Below, in pieces: positions 1-10,607 of a stretch of DNA of 64,000 nt. Location: positions 186,001 through 250,000 of the forward strand of contig MU057560.1 in assembly GCA_013265495.1 (NCBI GenBank), given 5' to 3'. Position numbers and translations under genes: made by a program. The DNA comes from Vicugna vicugna. Taxonomy: Eukaryota. The notes under the pieces are model-generated. The model did not search any database. It had not been told where the DNA came from and was given only the letters and a program-made list of their open reading frames with translations. The stretch's first letter is position 1; the number at the start of each line of letters is the position of its first letter.

Positions 1-19
1 ATTAAAAACTTAATCTCTA

Positions 20-150
20 AATGAAAAAGACATGAAAAAATATACATACATAAAAACACTGAATCACTATACTGTGTGCTGGAAACTAACACAATATTGG
101 AAATCAACTATGCTTAAAAAAAAAAAACTAAAAAAATTGGTTAAAAAAAC
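20..150 (+). mobile_element. LINE-1 extreme 3' end (cetartiodactyl-type) with A-rich tail
   Basis: actgaatcactatactgtgtgctggaaactaacacaatattggaaatcaactatgctt followed by poly(A); the same 3' terminus recurs at ~24340-24400 and ~56480-56560. Confidence 0.8.
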
Positions 151-984
151 CTTAATCTTGTGAGAGTTGCATCTAATTTCTGCCAGCTTTAGGAAGTCCC
201 ACAGAGGCAGGAGTGCAAGATTGTCTGATCCTTGGCCACCTTCCTCTGTACTGGCATCTACTTGCAATACCCTTATTCCCACTTGGTCTTCTGGGCTCTG
301 TTGTGCTCTTTCTTGTTCCCTGCAGGGATTTACTTAAATGTTATTAACTCTTTTTGTCATATCCATGCTTTTTTTTTCAAAAAAGAGAAAGCATTCTTTA
401 TTTTCTAGACCTTTAGATGCTATGAAAAACTATTCTCTTTGGACATTGATTATTCTCTGGGTTGATTTTGCTGTTCTCTGAGGCTCTCAGGGTCATCTGC
501 TAAATCTAAACACACTACAGGCCATTTATTCCGCTCTCAATTTTCTGGGGGCAAGGGATTCATGGTTCTTGCTCCTGCTTGGTTTTACTAAGGGCCGAAA
601 CATGTGGCCACTTTTCTATTAGTCATTCAAACCAATTTTTTCATTCTGCAACCAAAACTTAACATAGAGGGGGAGAAGGAAGGCAGTGGGGTCACTGTGC
701 AGGGAACAGCCAGCATTTAGCTTCTTTACTTTCCCTCTGAATTGCTCTTCTCCTATGGACCCCAGAATCCTTGACTTGTCTAGTATCCAGGGGAGTGGGA
801 GGTGGTTCTGGCTGATCACATGATCCCTCTGCCCAGAGTTCCACTGGAATGTGAGATTTTGAAATATAGAAAAAGAGATTGTACCAAAAAATATTCACTC
901 ACCATCATTTTTAGGGAGAAACTTTGAACTTTTTTTTTTTTTAAGTTTAGAAAGAAATCAAGAGTACTTAATGCTTGGAACATC

Positions 985-2290
985 TGAACAAATAATAAGA
1001 CAAGAAAAATAGATGTGAATAAAAGTAATTAAAAAGAAAGAGAAAATAGATTATTGTTTGCAGATAACACAATTATGTATATAGAAAACCCAGGACAATA
1101 AATGAAAGTATTAATAGAACCGATAAGTTTCAGCAATTTTGGCCTGATGTAACATCATCATACAAAATTCATAAGCGTCCCTCTTAATGGTGATAATAGG
1201 CCAGGAAATGCAGTATTAAACATCAGCCCAGGCACAAGAGCAGCAAAATATATGAAATATCTAAGGACTAGCAAATAATGCACAAGATCTCAAAAGAATA
1301 TTCAAGACAACATAGGATAAAAGCACAAGAAAACTATTTGCACGTAGAAGACCATATAACATTATAAAGATGTAAACAATTCCCAAATTAACATCTAAAT
1401 TCAATGTAATATCTTTCAAAATCCCAGCAGGATATAGAGGAATTGGATGAGCTGATTCCAAGATGTAAATAGTAGGACAAGTAGCTTGGAAAAAAAAAAT
1501 CAAAAGTAAGGAAAGCATCCAGCCAATTATTAAGAAGCAGCACAAGGTCTCAGTTCAACACACATAAGCAAACAGACGATCAATGGCATCGTTTTGTGGA
1601 AGGACAGATCAACAGAGCAAAACACGCCACAAAGCAGGATATGATACGTGTGGCATCAGACATGACTATGAAAGCAATCAGCTATTTAGTAAAACGGTGT
1701 TTCGCAAACTGGTTTGAGACATGGAATAACATAAAGTTATGTTCCTTCTTTATATCTTTTGTTAACTCCAAGTAAATAAGTGCTTAAATTGAAAGGGAAA
1801 ATTAAAAACAAAAAACAAATAAAAGAAAGTCAAGGATTCTATGTTTTTATAATCTCAGGATAAAGAAGAGCCTCTTAAACTAAAAGTGAAGTACATTAAT
1901 CTTTGGGCGGGTATGATGTACGGACACGAGTGCACAAAAAGTAATAAAAGATAAGACAAAGTTAACTGACTGGGGAAGAATACGTTTCTCTTGCCTGAAC
2001 AAACAAGGAACTATATGTAAAGTAGCAGAGTGACCCTTCAAATCAGCAAGCAGAAACTTGAAACCCAGCGGAAGCGTGAGGAGGGTATGCAGGTAAGCAA
2101 TGCAGAGGGGAAAAACCAGCGGAGACATATTCCAAAACCTTTTATTACACTAAATCATAGAAATGCGAATTAAAACAACAGTTTTACCCCCCTAGAGTTG
2201 GCAGAATTTAGCCAATTGGCCCTCAGTGAGTGAGTGGATGTGGGGATGGGGGTCCCTCGCAATGACATGGGGCAGTGTAAGCTGGAACGT
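985..2290 (+). mobile_element. Ancient L1M/L1ME ORF2 fragment (degraded)
   Basis: A-rich; ttgtttgcagataacacaattatgtatatagaaaaccc reads LFADNTIMYIENP, matching the L1 RT motif LFADDMIVYxENP; downstream sequence resembles later ORF2. Confidence 0.8.
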
Positions 2291-2664
2291 TCCCAGGACA
2301 CAAGACTCAAGTTTGGCATGGATATAGGTTGGGTGGAATCATGATAAAAGGTGAAAATTAATAATGATGGAAGAGGAAGGAGAACAGGAAAGTGGGTTCT
2401 TGTGAGACCCGTGATCTGGTTCTATGAACGAAGATGCAAGAATAACTGAAGTGTACACCTGAAGGGCGAGGGCTGTGGAGGACTTTAAAGGAGGAAGAGA
2501 AGCACAGGCTTCAGGAAGAGTCTTCTGTTATGGAGAGAGTGTGCTGGCCTGAGAGCCCCACCCATGGCGGTGGTGGGCGCCTGCGTTTTCTACCTCCTTC
2601 CCCAGGAGGAAGCGCCCATGTAAAAACCCTGAGCATAAGTTTGGTCTGAATATCTGTGGTTTTC

Positions 2665-2982
2665 TGCCTCAGTCACTTTGGGCTGCTGTAACAGCATCGC
2701 ACAGACTGGGTGGCATATAAACGCCAGAAATGTATGTCTCACAGTTTGGAGGCTGGCTGTCTGAGATCAGGGTGCCAGCCTGGTTGGGTGAGGGTCCTTT
2801 CCCAGATGGCAGACTTCTTGGCTCCTCACCTGGTGGGAGAGGCAGGGGAGCATTCTGGGGCCTCTTTAATAAGGAAACTAATTCCACTCATAACCTAATT
2901 GCCCTGAAAAGCCCCATCTTCTAACACGAGCATTAGGATTTAAACACGAATCTGGGGGGACACAAATATTCAGAGCATAGCG
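2665..2982 (-). mobile_element. MLT1A/MLT1A0-type MaLR solo LTR
   Basis: Starts tgcctcagtcactttgggctgctgtaacag and ends ggggggacacaaatattcagagcatagc, the reverse complements of the MLT1A termini. Confidence 0.85.
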
Positions 2983-2984
2983 GT

Positions 2985-3450
2985 ATCTGTTTCAGGCAGA
3001 TGCCTCCAATGCTAACAGAAACCTGAGCTCAAACCAGAAATCTAACCTAAAGCCTCAGCAAGGAGCTGGAAGTTCATAAGTAAGAAAAGCTCTAGTGATT
3101 GGCTCAGTTCAGGGGTCTGGTTCTACTTCTTGGTCAATGTCTTGAGTTACCTTCAGAGTGTGAAGGCTTTACCCTCAACCAGTGGCTGCCGCTGTTCTGG
3201 GTACCAGGCCACCGACAGAGGATCCATGTGAAGAGACATCAGCACCCCTTCCCTTTGGCACATCTTCTTTTGTTGCATTTGCTGTGACTGGTGTATGTGC
3301 TCACTACAGAACCAATCCTGATGGCGTGAAGGACGCCATCCATCCCCAGCTTAGCCTTGTCCTCGTCGCTCACTGACACGGAGGGACGGGATCACCAGGA
3401 TCACCTGTAATCTGTTATTGCTCTCTGCTGGATCTGGAGTCTTTCTTCAA
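2985..3450 (-). mobile_element. Highly diverged old MLT1 (K/L/M-type) LTR fragment
   Basis: Weak similarity to old MaLR LTRs (taacagaaacc...ctcaaac; gtggctgccgctgttctggg; gaaccaatcctgatggc). Confidence 0.4.
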
Positions 3451-3738
3451 ACCACACAGCTGAAATACCTTGGGGACCCAGAAACTTACAAAATTCACCA
3501 TAAAGGGCCCAGGAGAGAACCAGGCACTCCAGCAACCAAGCCTGAAGTTTAGAAAGAAGTCACATTTGGGGCTTCATATTTGGGAGTCCTTAGTGTGTGT
3601 TTGCTACGTAGTAGGAAGTCAAGTCTACGAGCACAGAACCCCATACAGAATTCACATGTAAGGGGCAGTGTGGAAGGGAAGGACGGTTGGAAAATTACGT
3701 GAGCATTATTCTCTGGAGAGGATGCCGATGGTGAAAAA

Positions 3739-3925
3739 CATTGCTTTTCAGATCGTGGTCCAAAGACTTGCATCAGAATCACCAGGCATCCTTGTAAAAA
3801 TTCGGATTCCTGAGTCCCAACTCAGGACTTCACAGAGTCAAACACTCTTAGGAGTGGAGCTCAGTCAGCTGTCTTTTTAACCAGAGCCCCAGGTGGACCC
3901 GAGACAGGCTAAGCGGGAAGGTCTC
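3739..3925. mobile_element. MER5A (hAT-Charlie MITE)
   Basis: gcatcagaatcaccaggcatccttgtaaaaattcggattcctgagtccca...gtctttttaaccagagccccaggtg matches the MER5A core. Confidence 0.8.
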
Positions 3926-4749
3926 CCCAACCAGGAGAGCCCTCAGAAGATGCCCCTCCACTCCTAACACCTTGTGATTCCAGAAAGGGGAGAATACGGT
4001 TTTCTAGGTACATTTTCCCTCGTGGTTTATGAATGCAGCCCTGGTTCCAGTCTCTTTAGGCCCCAACTATGTTTAAAGTAGGCAAACTGATCTCTTATTC
4101 CAGGAAAACTGCACATAAAAAGGGTCATATGGCTTCTTTGACATCAAATAGTTTTTTAACATAACAAACTGTTTTGATAAATTGAGTGCCTCCAAATCAA
4201 AGCCATCTGGGCGGTGCTTGGACTGCGAGGGCAGAAGGCGTGCGGGTAATTGGCCAAGAGTTCAAACAGTCGAGTAATTCTAGGAGGCAGATGGCCAGGT
4301 CTGAAGGGCCCAGCTCGTCCGTCTGCAGACGCCATTACGAACTCTTATTACTGTTAAATACTTCGGTTGCCCATTCATCAGAAGACTAAAGCGTAACGAG
4401 ACTAAAATGAATGTTCCAGTGTTACTTAGAGAAGAGAATTATGCTCCTTTATAGTGAAATGTCTATTAGGTCGTGCATAAAAATGGGTAGATTTAATGTT
4501 TTACAGAAAGAGGGGCGCATCGCTCTCCCTCTCAGCGCATGTAAGTGTGTGAGAGCTGTGAGGTAGACCAGTGCACCACCGCGTCACATGAGAAGGTCTA
4601 GGTGATTGAGGCGACTCAGTCTTTGACTGACAGAGGGGCTGCTTGGTCTGGAACCCCACATTTCAACCTGCCTGCAAGAGCTGCATTTTTTAAAAGAAAA
4701 TACATCAGTCAATGTGCCACACTTTCATTGACTGCATCCTGCAGATTAA

Positions 4750-4985
4750 CCGTATAGTGTGTGGTGCAGATTCTGGAGTCCCCTGCCTCGGTGTACGTAT
4801 TACTAACTACTGGGAAACTCTGGAAAAACTACTTAACTCCTTCTTTTCTTAATTCCTCATCTGAAAAAATGAAGATAATGACATGTCTGTCATAGGATTG
4901 ATCTGAGAATTAAGCAAATGAATACATACAAGTCTCTTAGGATAAAGCCTTGTGCATACAAAGCCATCAACAAATATTAGATGTG
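4750..4985 (+). mobile_element. MIR SINE
   Basis: Core acttaactcc...ttcctcatctgaaaaaatgaagataat and 3' end gattgatctgagaattaag...caacaaatattag. Confidence 0.8.
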
Positions 4986-5229
4986 TTTTCTAGCAAAATC
5001 ATGCATGATATATATGCTGGTAAAGCACCTTTCATATTAGGAACATTTTGTAAACCGTTTTGGTTGTTTTTAGAAGGATTATTATTTTCAATCCTGTATA
5101 ACATGTCACTGAAAATAACTTTCATCATCAGATTTGCCTAAGAACCCAGACAATTAGAAATTTCATATACGTTAATATACTTTTAACCTTGGGCAGTTCC
5201 TTTTGTTTTTTTCTCATTACATCATAGAG

Positions 5230-6490
5230 CACAGGTTCTCAAACACACTGACGTCAGGTGTCCTTTACGTTCTGTATGTGGAGCAGAGCTGTCAAAATAT
5301 AACAGACGCATAATTTGAACTGAGAAACTTTTCTGAAATTACTTATCAATTTCTAATTTATGCTGTGCTAACACAAATACAATTTTTGCATGAAAAGTAA
5401 CTGTTTTTTAAAGACATAAAATTAGCAGGAAGGGTGACACTGTTTTCCAATTGCATATCTCTTTGATGTCTCTCTTCACAGGAAAGAGGAGATTTATCAT
5501 ATTTAATTTTGTTTTCAGTCTGCCGCAATATGCAGATGGGAAACTGGGAAAAAAAGGAAGATCATTTCAACAATCCTTTCAGGTAAATACGGAAAGTTTT
5601 ATTTTGTACAAATATTCATGTTCGTGTACATTACAATTCATTTCTGTCTTGCACTTTAAATGTGTCTTTTCCCTCTGCATGTGACATCTTGCGTCGATCA
5701 TTTGAAAAATTATTGGCTCACTTGAATTACACAGTTCTTGCAAATATTAACGCATTTTATTATACATTATCAAAAATTCACATCGACAATTTTTACCACC
5801 AACTTCATCAGAAAATTCTTGCCTCATTGGGAGGCTGTCAGGATCACAGTGGCAGATTTGAGTTTTCCAAAATTATGATTTTCTCTTGGGAGCTTGAACT
5901 TTATAGTTGGCATCAAAAATTGCCAACTAATTTCCTTGAAGTGACAGGCTGGTGCTGCTCATTTTTAAGAATATGTCTGATGCTCAGTCTCCACGATCAA
6001 AGTTTGCCATCAGAGGTTCTTTAGAGTAAACACAGTGTTCTATGAAAAAGCGGGGCTAGTTTAGCTTGTAACTTAAACATCAAGCAAAGGATTTCCTAGA
6101 GACAACCTTCATGCTTCCACGTACAATGAAGTGCTCTCTGCAGCCTTTCCATTTCTTCATCGAGAATAGTTAGAAGATATGAAATCAAAGATCAAATTTA
6201 ACAAAATTAATAATTTTATTGATTAATCAAGTACATTTTAAAATACAGCTGGCTTTTTTAGTGAGACGATTTCTCCTTGACTACAGACACAGTGTGTGCA
6301 AACGCCTTGATTCATGCTGAAGTGCCACCACCTTTTGCCACCACTGCTTTGACACCACCAGTGTGACTGTGGATGCTGTGAAAAAGGCACCTAATGGGCT
6401 CATACATCATGACAATAGCTGGGGCTGTCTGGCCTCTGGGAGTGTGCCAGGGGTGCCAGGGGTCTGCAGACCTCACCTTGACACCCCCAG
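5230..6490 (-). mobile_element. Charlie1a (hAT DNA transposon, internally deleted; transposase remnant on minus strand)
   Basis: Colinear with the recalled Charlie1a consensus throughout (cttgcactttaaatg, tttccttgaagtgacaggct, atttaacaaaattaataatttt, gccttgattcatgct, gtgaaaaaggca); both termini recognisable (cacaggttctcaaa... and ...ggggtctgcagacctcaccttgacacccccag). Confidence 0.9.
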
Positions 6491-6559
6491 CATTGCGCTC
6501 TCTCTGCCCCTTGCAGGCTATTTCACTAAGCTGCCAGCACCTTGGGAGAGGTGTTAATG

Positions 6560-6675
6560 TTTTTTGGGTGTTTGTGTTTTGTGTACCGAGCACAAAGCCT
6601 TGTGTTATCAAAGGAAAGGATGAGTGAGCGAACAGAAATGAATGAACAAGCACACGAGTGAGTGGATGAACTCAG
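6560..6675 (+). mobile_element. L2 3' end fragment
   Basis: gagcacaaagccttg followed by a degenerate (tgaa)n tail. Confidence 0.5.
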
Positions 6676-6879
6676 CTCTGGTTGTGCTGTACTTTTTCTA
6701 TGTTCCTCAGGCACACAAAGACTGCTCCTTGTTCAGGGTGTTTTGGCTCCCAGGTCCTACAGCCGGAGGCTTCCTTCTGGTATTTGAATGTCAGGCTCCT
6801 ATTACGCAATCTCAGCAGAAACATCACAGGCATTCCCTGATTCTTCAAATTGAAATAGCCACCCAGCACCCCCTTCACA

Positions 6880-6995
6880 TCCCCACATTCTGCTTCTCTG
6901 CAATGCACGTATCACTACTGAATATATTCATATTTTAGCACCCAGGGCATGGTAGCTACTTAGCAAATATTTTTGAATGAATGGATGAGTGAATA
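6880..6995 (+). mobile_element. L2 3' end
   Basis: gcatggtagctacttagcaaatatttttgaatgaatggatgagtgaat, the L2 terminus with tgaa tail. Confidence 0.7.
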
Positions 6996-7004
6996 GGGCA
7001 GAGA

Positions 7005-7130
7005 ATTCATTCAATAAGTACTTATTAAGCACCTACTGTTGACAAGGCTCTACTGACATAAGGTCTTTGTGGGCAGGGAACTTACGGTATAATGTGTAGA
7101 GGGACAGACAATGAAAAATAAAAGCAGCCA
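7005..7130 (-). mobile_element. L2 3' end, tail-to-tail with the previous copy
   Basis: attcattcaataagtacttattaagcacctactgttgacaaggc is the reverse complement of the L2 terminus. Confidence 0.75.
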
Positions 7131-9929
7131 GTGTGAAGTTACAACCGTGCCGTTTGTTCACACAGCAGTACGCATTGTTATGTAAGTGTATCAGGAGGAA
7201 TGACATCTTTTCAGGGTCTTTCTCAGCTTCTACGAAGAAGTTTTGACTGAGCTGAGGCTTCACGGGTGAGTAGGCATAATTCCTGCAGGGAGGGAGGCGG
7301 CCCAGGATGTCTCCAAGGAGAAACGTTGCACCTCACGGCTCTTTTACTGCTTGTAAGCTTTGCATGTCTTATTTCTCCAGACCTACCAGCATCATCTTTC
7401 CTATCTTCCAAGAAAGTGGCCCGAGGCACATGTTTTCCCCACCCTTGTGATGCCTGGGAGAGCCCTGGGCGCAGAAGGACACAGGATCAACACAGCCGTG
7501 TGTGGGTTGCACGGCAGCCTTGGCCACCTAACCACGCCCACGTGACAGCGACTTGCATAGCCATGAACCTTCCCATCATCTTATTTTTAGATCAACTTTG
7601 TGTGTGTACCTTCAGACGAGATTTTCTCGGAATCTACTGTCTCCCTCCTCTTTTTCCTCCACCGTCCCCACTACTCTCCAGGCGGGCTCTAGAGCAGATC
7701 AGTCTTTGCTCCTTCACCGTTAGCAGCCCATCCATAATCCGGCCCTGCCCGCGCAGCAGTTCGCACGACAAGGCCTCCGACCATCCACCGCCTGCCAACG
7801 GTGCCTTTATTTTCGTGCTCATCGTCCCCAGCTGTTCCTGGATCACAGGAGCCCCTGCATTTTCGACAAATATCTCATCTGTGAAACCATTTCTCTGTTT
7901 TTTCCCTCTTTCTTATTCCTCGTTCTTGGCAGCCGTCCACAGAGCTGCACCCCAGGCATTTATCTGGAGTGCACCCAGCGCATGTCCCTGGCTGGCCGCT
8001 AGGTCATAAAAGCCGACTGTCAGTAAATCACATCAGTGAGGAGATCCATAAATCTTGTTCTTGCCTTGAGCACATCGATCACTCTTGTCATGAACACTGC
8101 AGGCATGAGCCACTCGGTCTGCACATGGACTTTGGACCCTGTCACTGACCGGCCGTAACTGAGTGGGGAGGATGTCTTGGAGGAGATGACACTCTAACAA
8201 ATTGGTGTCTTCTGGAATAAACACTGAATTAGGCTCCATTCGGGGAAACGGTGGTGAACTCAGTGGGCCCCTCGTCTGCCTGCCCTTCCTGCTAATATAG
8301 TGATGAACTCACTTGCTCATGTGACGCAAGTGTGCAAGGACATGTCAAGTTTGGAGGAAGGAATTGATTATAAAAGCTGCTGTCTTTGTTTCGGCAGCAT
8401 TCTGGATTTCATCATTAGTCTCCATCACAGCAACGCAGCGGCAGTCCTGCAAATGTCCTAGCAGGAAGGATGCGGGTCAGGCGGACCTGCCCCATGTCCC
8501 AGCGCTGGCTCACCCTGGGCTCAGTCATTGCTCCTGTAAAGTGGCCGGTGGGAAAGCTGCTTTGTACTGTCACCTCAAGGGTGAAATATGCTAATACTTG
8601 TGAGGCTCAGAACCCAGGGTTGGGATGTTGCAAGAATTTAACATGTTTGTTCCATGACTTCAGGTCCATAAATCTGGTAGCTCTTTGGATCAGATGAATA
8701 AATGACTTGCTGGACCCTCACATGGCGTCTGCCATGGTCACGGTGAGGTGCAAGGGGAAGGCATAGGTCAGGGGAAAGGTTTAGGCTGCACTGGTCATAC
8801 TGTCCAGTCCTTTGGTGCTTCACACTCAGCAAAGAGGAGGCCGTAGCTAGTGGTAGGGATTGGGAGCAGCTGACCTTGAACTGATGTGGTGACCTTCAAA
8901 CCCAAATATGGTTTCTTGTATGCAGAGACATCTCAAGCAATTATTAGTGATCTCATCCTTTGGCCCCACAAAAGAGGCTGAGGCCCCTCCACCGCGGTTG
9001 GATGAAGGAGGGAGAGGAAGGCAGTGGGAGTGAAGATCGTCTTCTAACTGGGGCGCTGAGTGGCCTTTTCCCCTTAAGTCCGTCCTCGCCCCACTCCAGC
9101 CTCTGGGCAGGAGTCTCACCACGTACAGTTGAGCTGCAGCCATGCTCTCCTCTCTCTCCTCCTTAGTGTCTGCTTCCCATATGGCGGAGGCCACCGAAAT
9201 GGGCTACCCTACGTCCCATGTCTTTCAGGAACACAGACATGAAAGAATCAGAAAGCTTTTATATGATAAGATTGTAAACAGTAGGGGCCATGATCTGCCA
9301 TGCCCTTTATGTTTGTTTTCATCGTGTTTCACTTCTGTCCTCTGCTGCCTCAGCACCAGTGGCCTGGCCGCAAGACAAGGGCGGGTCCCCTGGCCTCACA
9401 CTCGCAGTGGTCAGATTCTGTTATAATCTCGCGTCAGGATTTGGGGCTTGTTTGACACCACAGCAGAGACTAAACAACCCTGGCCAACAACCACTGTAAA
9501 ATGAAGCCTGTGTCTGTTCTGTGAAGCACTGCTGCGGCCACGTCTGAAGAGGGAGGAGTTAAAAGAAAGGCTGCGCGCTCAGCGCTTAGGACACAGAGAC
9601 ACCTAGACCGCTGAGCAGTCACCGCCCATCTACGCGCTCAGCGTGGAAGCCAGAGTCCTACGCGTGCCAGGTGGGGCGCGGGCACCAGGAGGTGTCCCGG
9701 CCTCCCCTAGTCTCCCCTGTGCTTGTCCCCTCCGTCTCCCTTGGGGGTCTCATGGGCCATGGCAGGTACAAGGTGACCTGTCTCTCTCCAAATTCATTCC
9801 TGCTGCAGCGTTCATGCTCAACGTCTCCTTTCCAGGCCAAGAGGGAAAACCCTGCATTTACCACGCAGTTGGAATTCGTATGACTCTGTGCGTGTTCCAT
9901 GCATACACGACGCTTATGCGGGTGTGCGC

Positions 9930-10120
9930 TTGTCTCGGTTCTCCATAACAACGCGTCATACCCTGCGAGGCTTAAACAACAGAAGTTTACTTCCGCAAAG
10001 TCCTGGCGACGGGAAGTCCAAGATCAAAGTGTCTGCAGGTTTGGTTTCTCCTGAGGTCTCTCTCCTTGGCTGGTGGGAGGGACACGGCCTTCTCACCGTG
10101 TCCTCACGCGGTCGTCCACA
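9930..10120 (-). mobile_element. MLT1A/B-type MaLR LTR fragment
   Basis: ggcttaaacaacagaagtttac...gggaagtccaagatcaaagtgtctgcaggtttggtttctcctgagg...gtgtcctcac. Confidence 0.8.
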
Positions 10121-10124
10121 ACAG

Positions 10125-10607
10125 TGTTAAAGGCTGATTGAAAAGTAGCCACACTTCCTCTCACCCACGCTGGTCTCCACACCCTTCACATGTCCTGCCA
10201 TCCAGAGGTGGCTCCTCTTTCTCACTGCTTGAGTCTGGGCCGGCCTTGTGACTTGCTTTGGCCGAGAAGATGCAGCTGAGGTGACAGGATGCTGGCGCTG
10301 AGCGTGGCCTCAGGAGGCCTTGCCCACTTCTGCTCACTGGTATAACACCAAGCTCAGATTGCCTGCTGGTGGGTGAGAGATGCCAGGGAAGAGAAGGATT
10401 GCTCGGCCAAGACCAGGGGATGCTGGCCAACCAGCCAGCCCCACTGTGGATCTGCCTGGGTGACCCGCAGTTGAATGCAGATTTTGGGGGAGCCCAGCTG
10501 AGAGCCTCTCTCAGCCCTGTGAGTAGGTAAGTATTTATTGCCTTAAGGCACTGGGTTTTGTGTTTCTGCTTTACCCCACGTTACCGTGGTCATAGTTCAC
10601 AAACACA
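10125..10607 (+). mobile_element. MLT1G/H-type MaLR LTR
   Basis: cttgagtctgggccggccttgtgacttgctttggcc; 3' end ttattgccttaaggcactgggttttg...gtggtcatagttcacaaacaca. Confidence 0.75.

Noticed and set aside
7266..8009. Longest ORF in the track (247 aa)
   Set aside because: Non-ATG start, Ser/Pro/Cys/Leu-rich composition typical of random GC-moderate DNA, and no recognisable domain or exon structure
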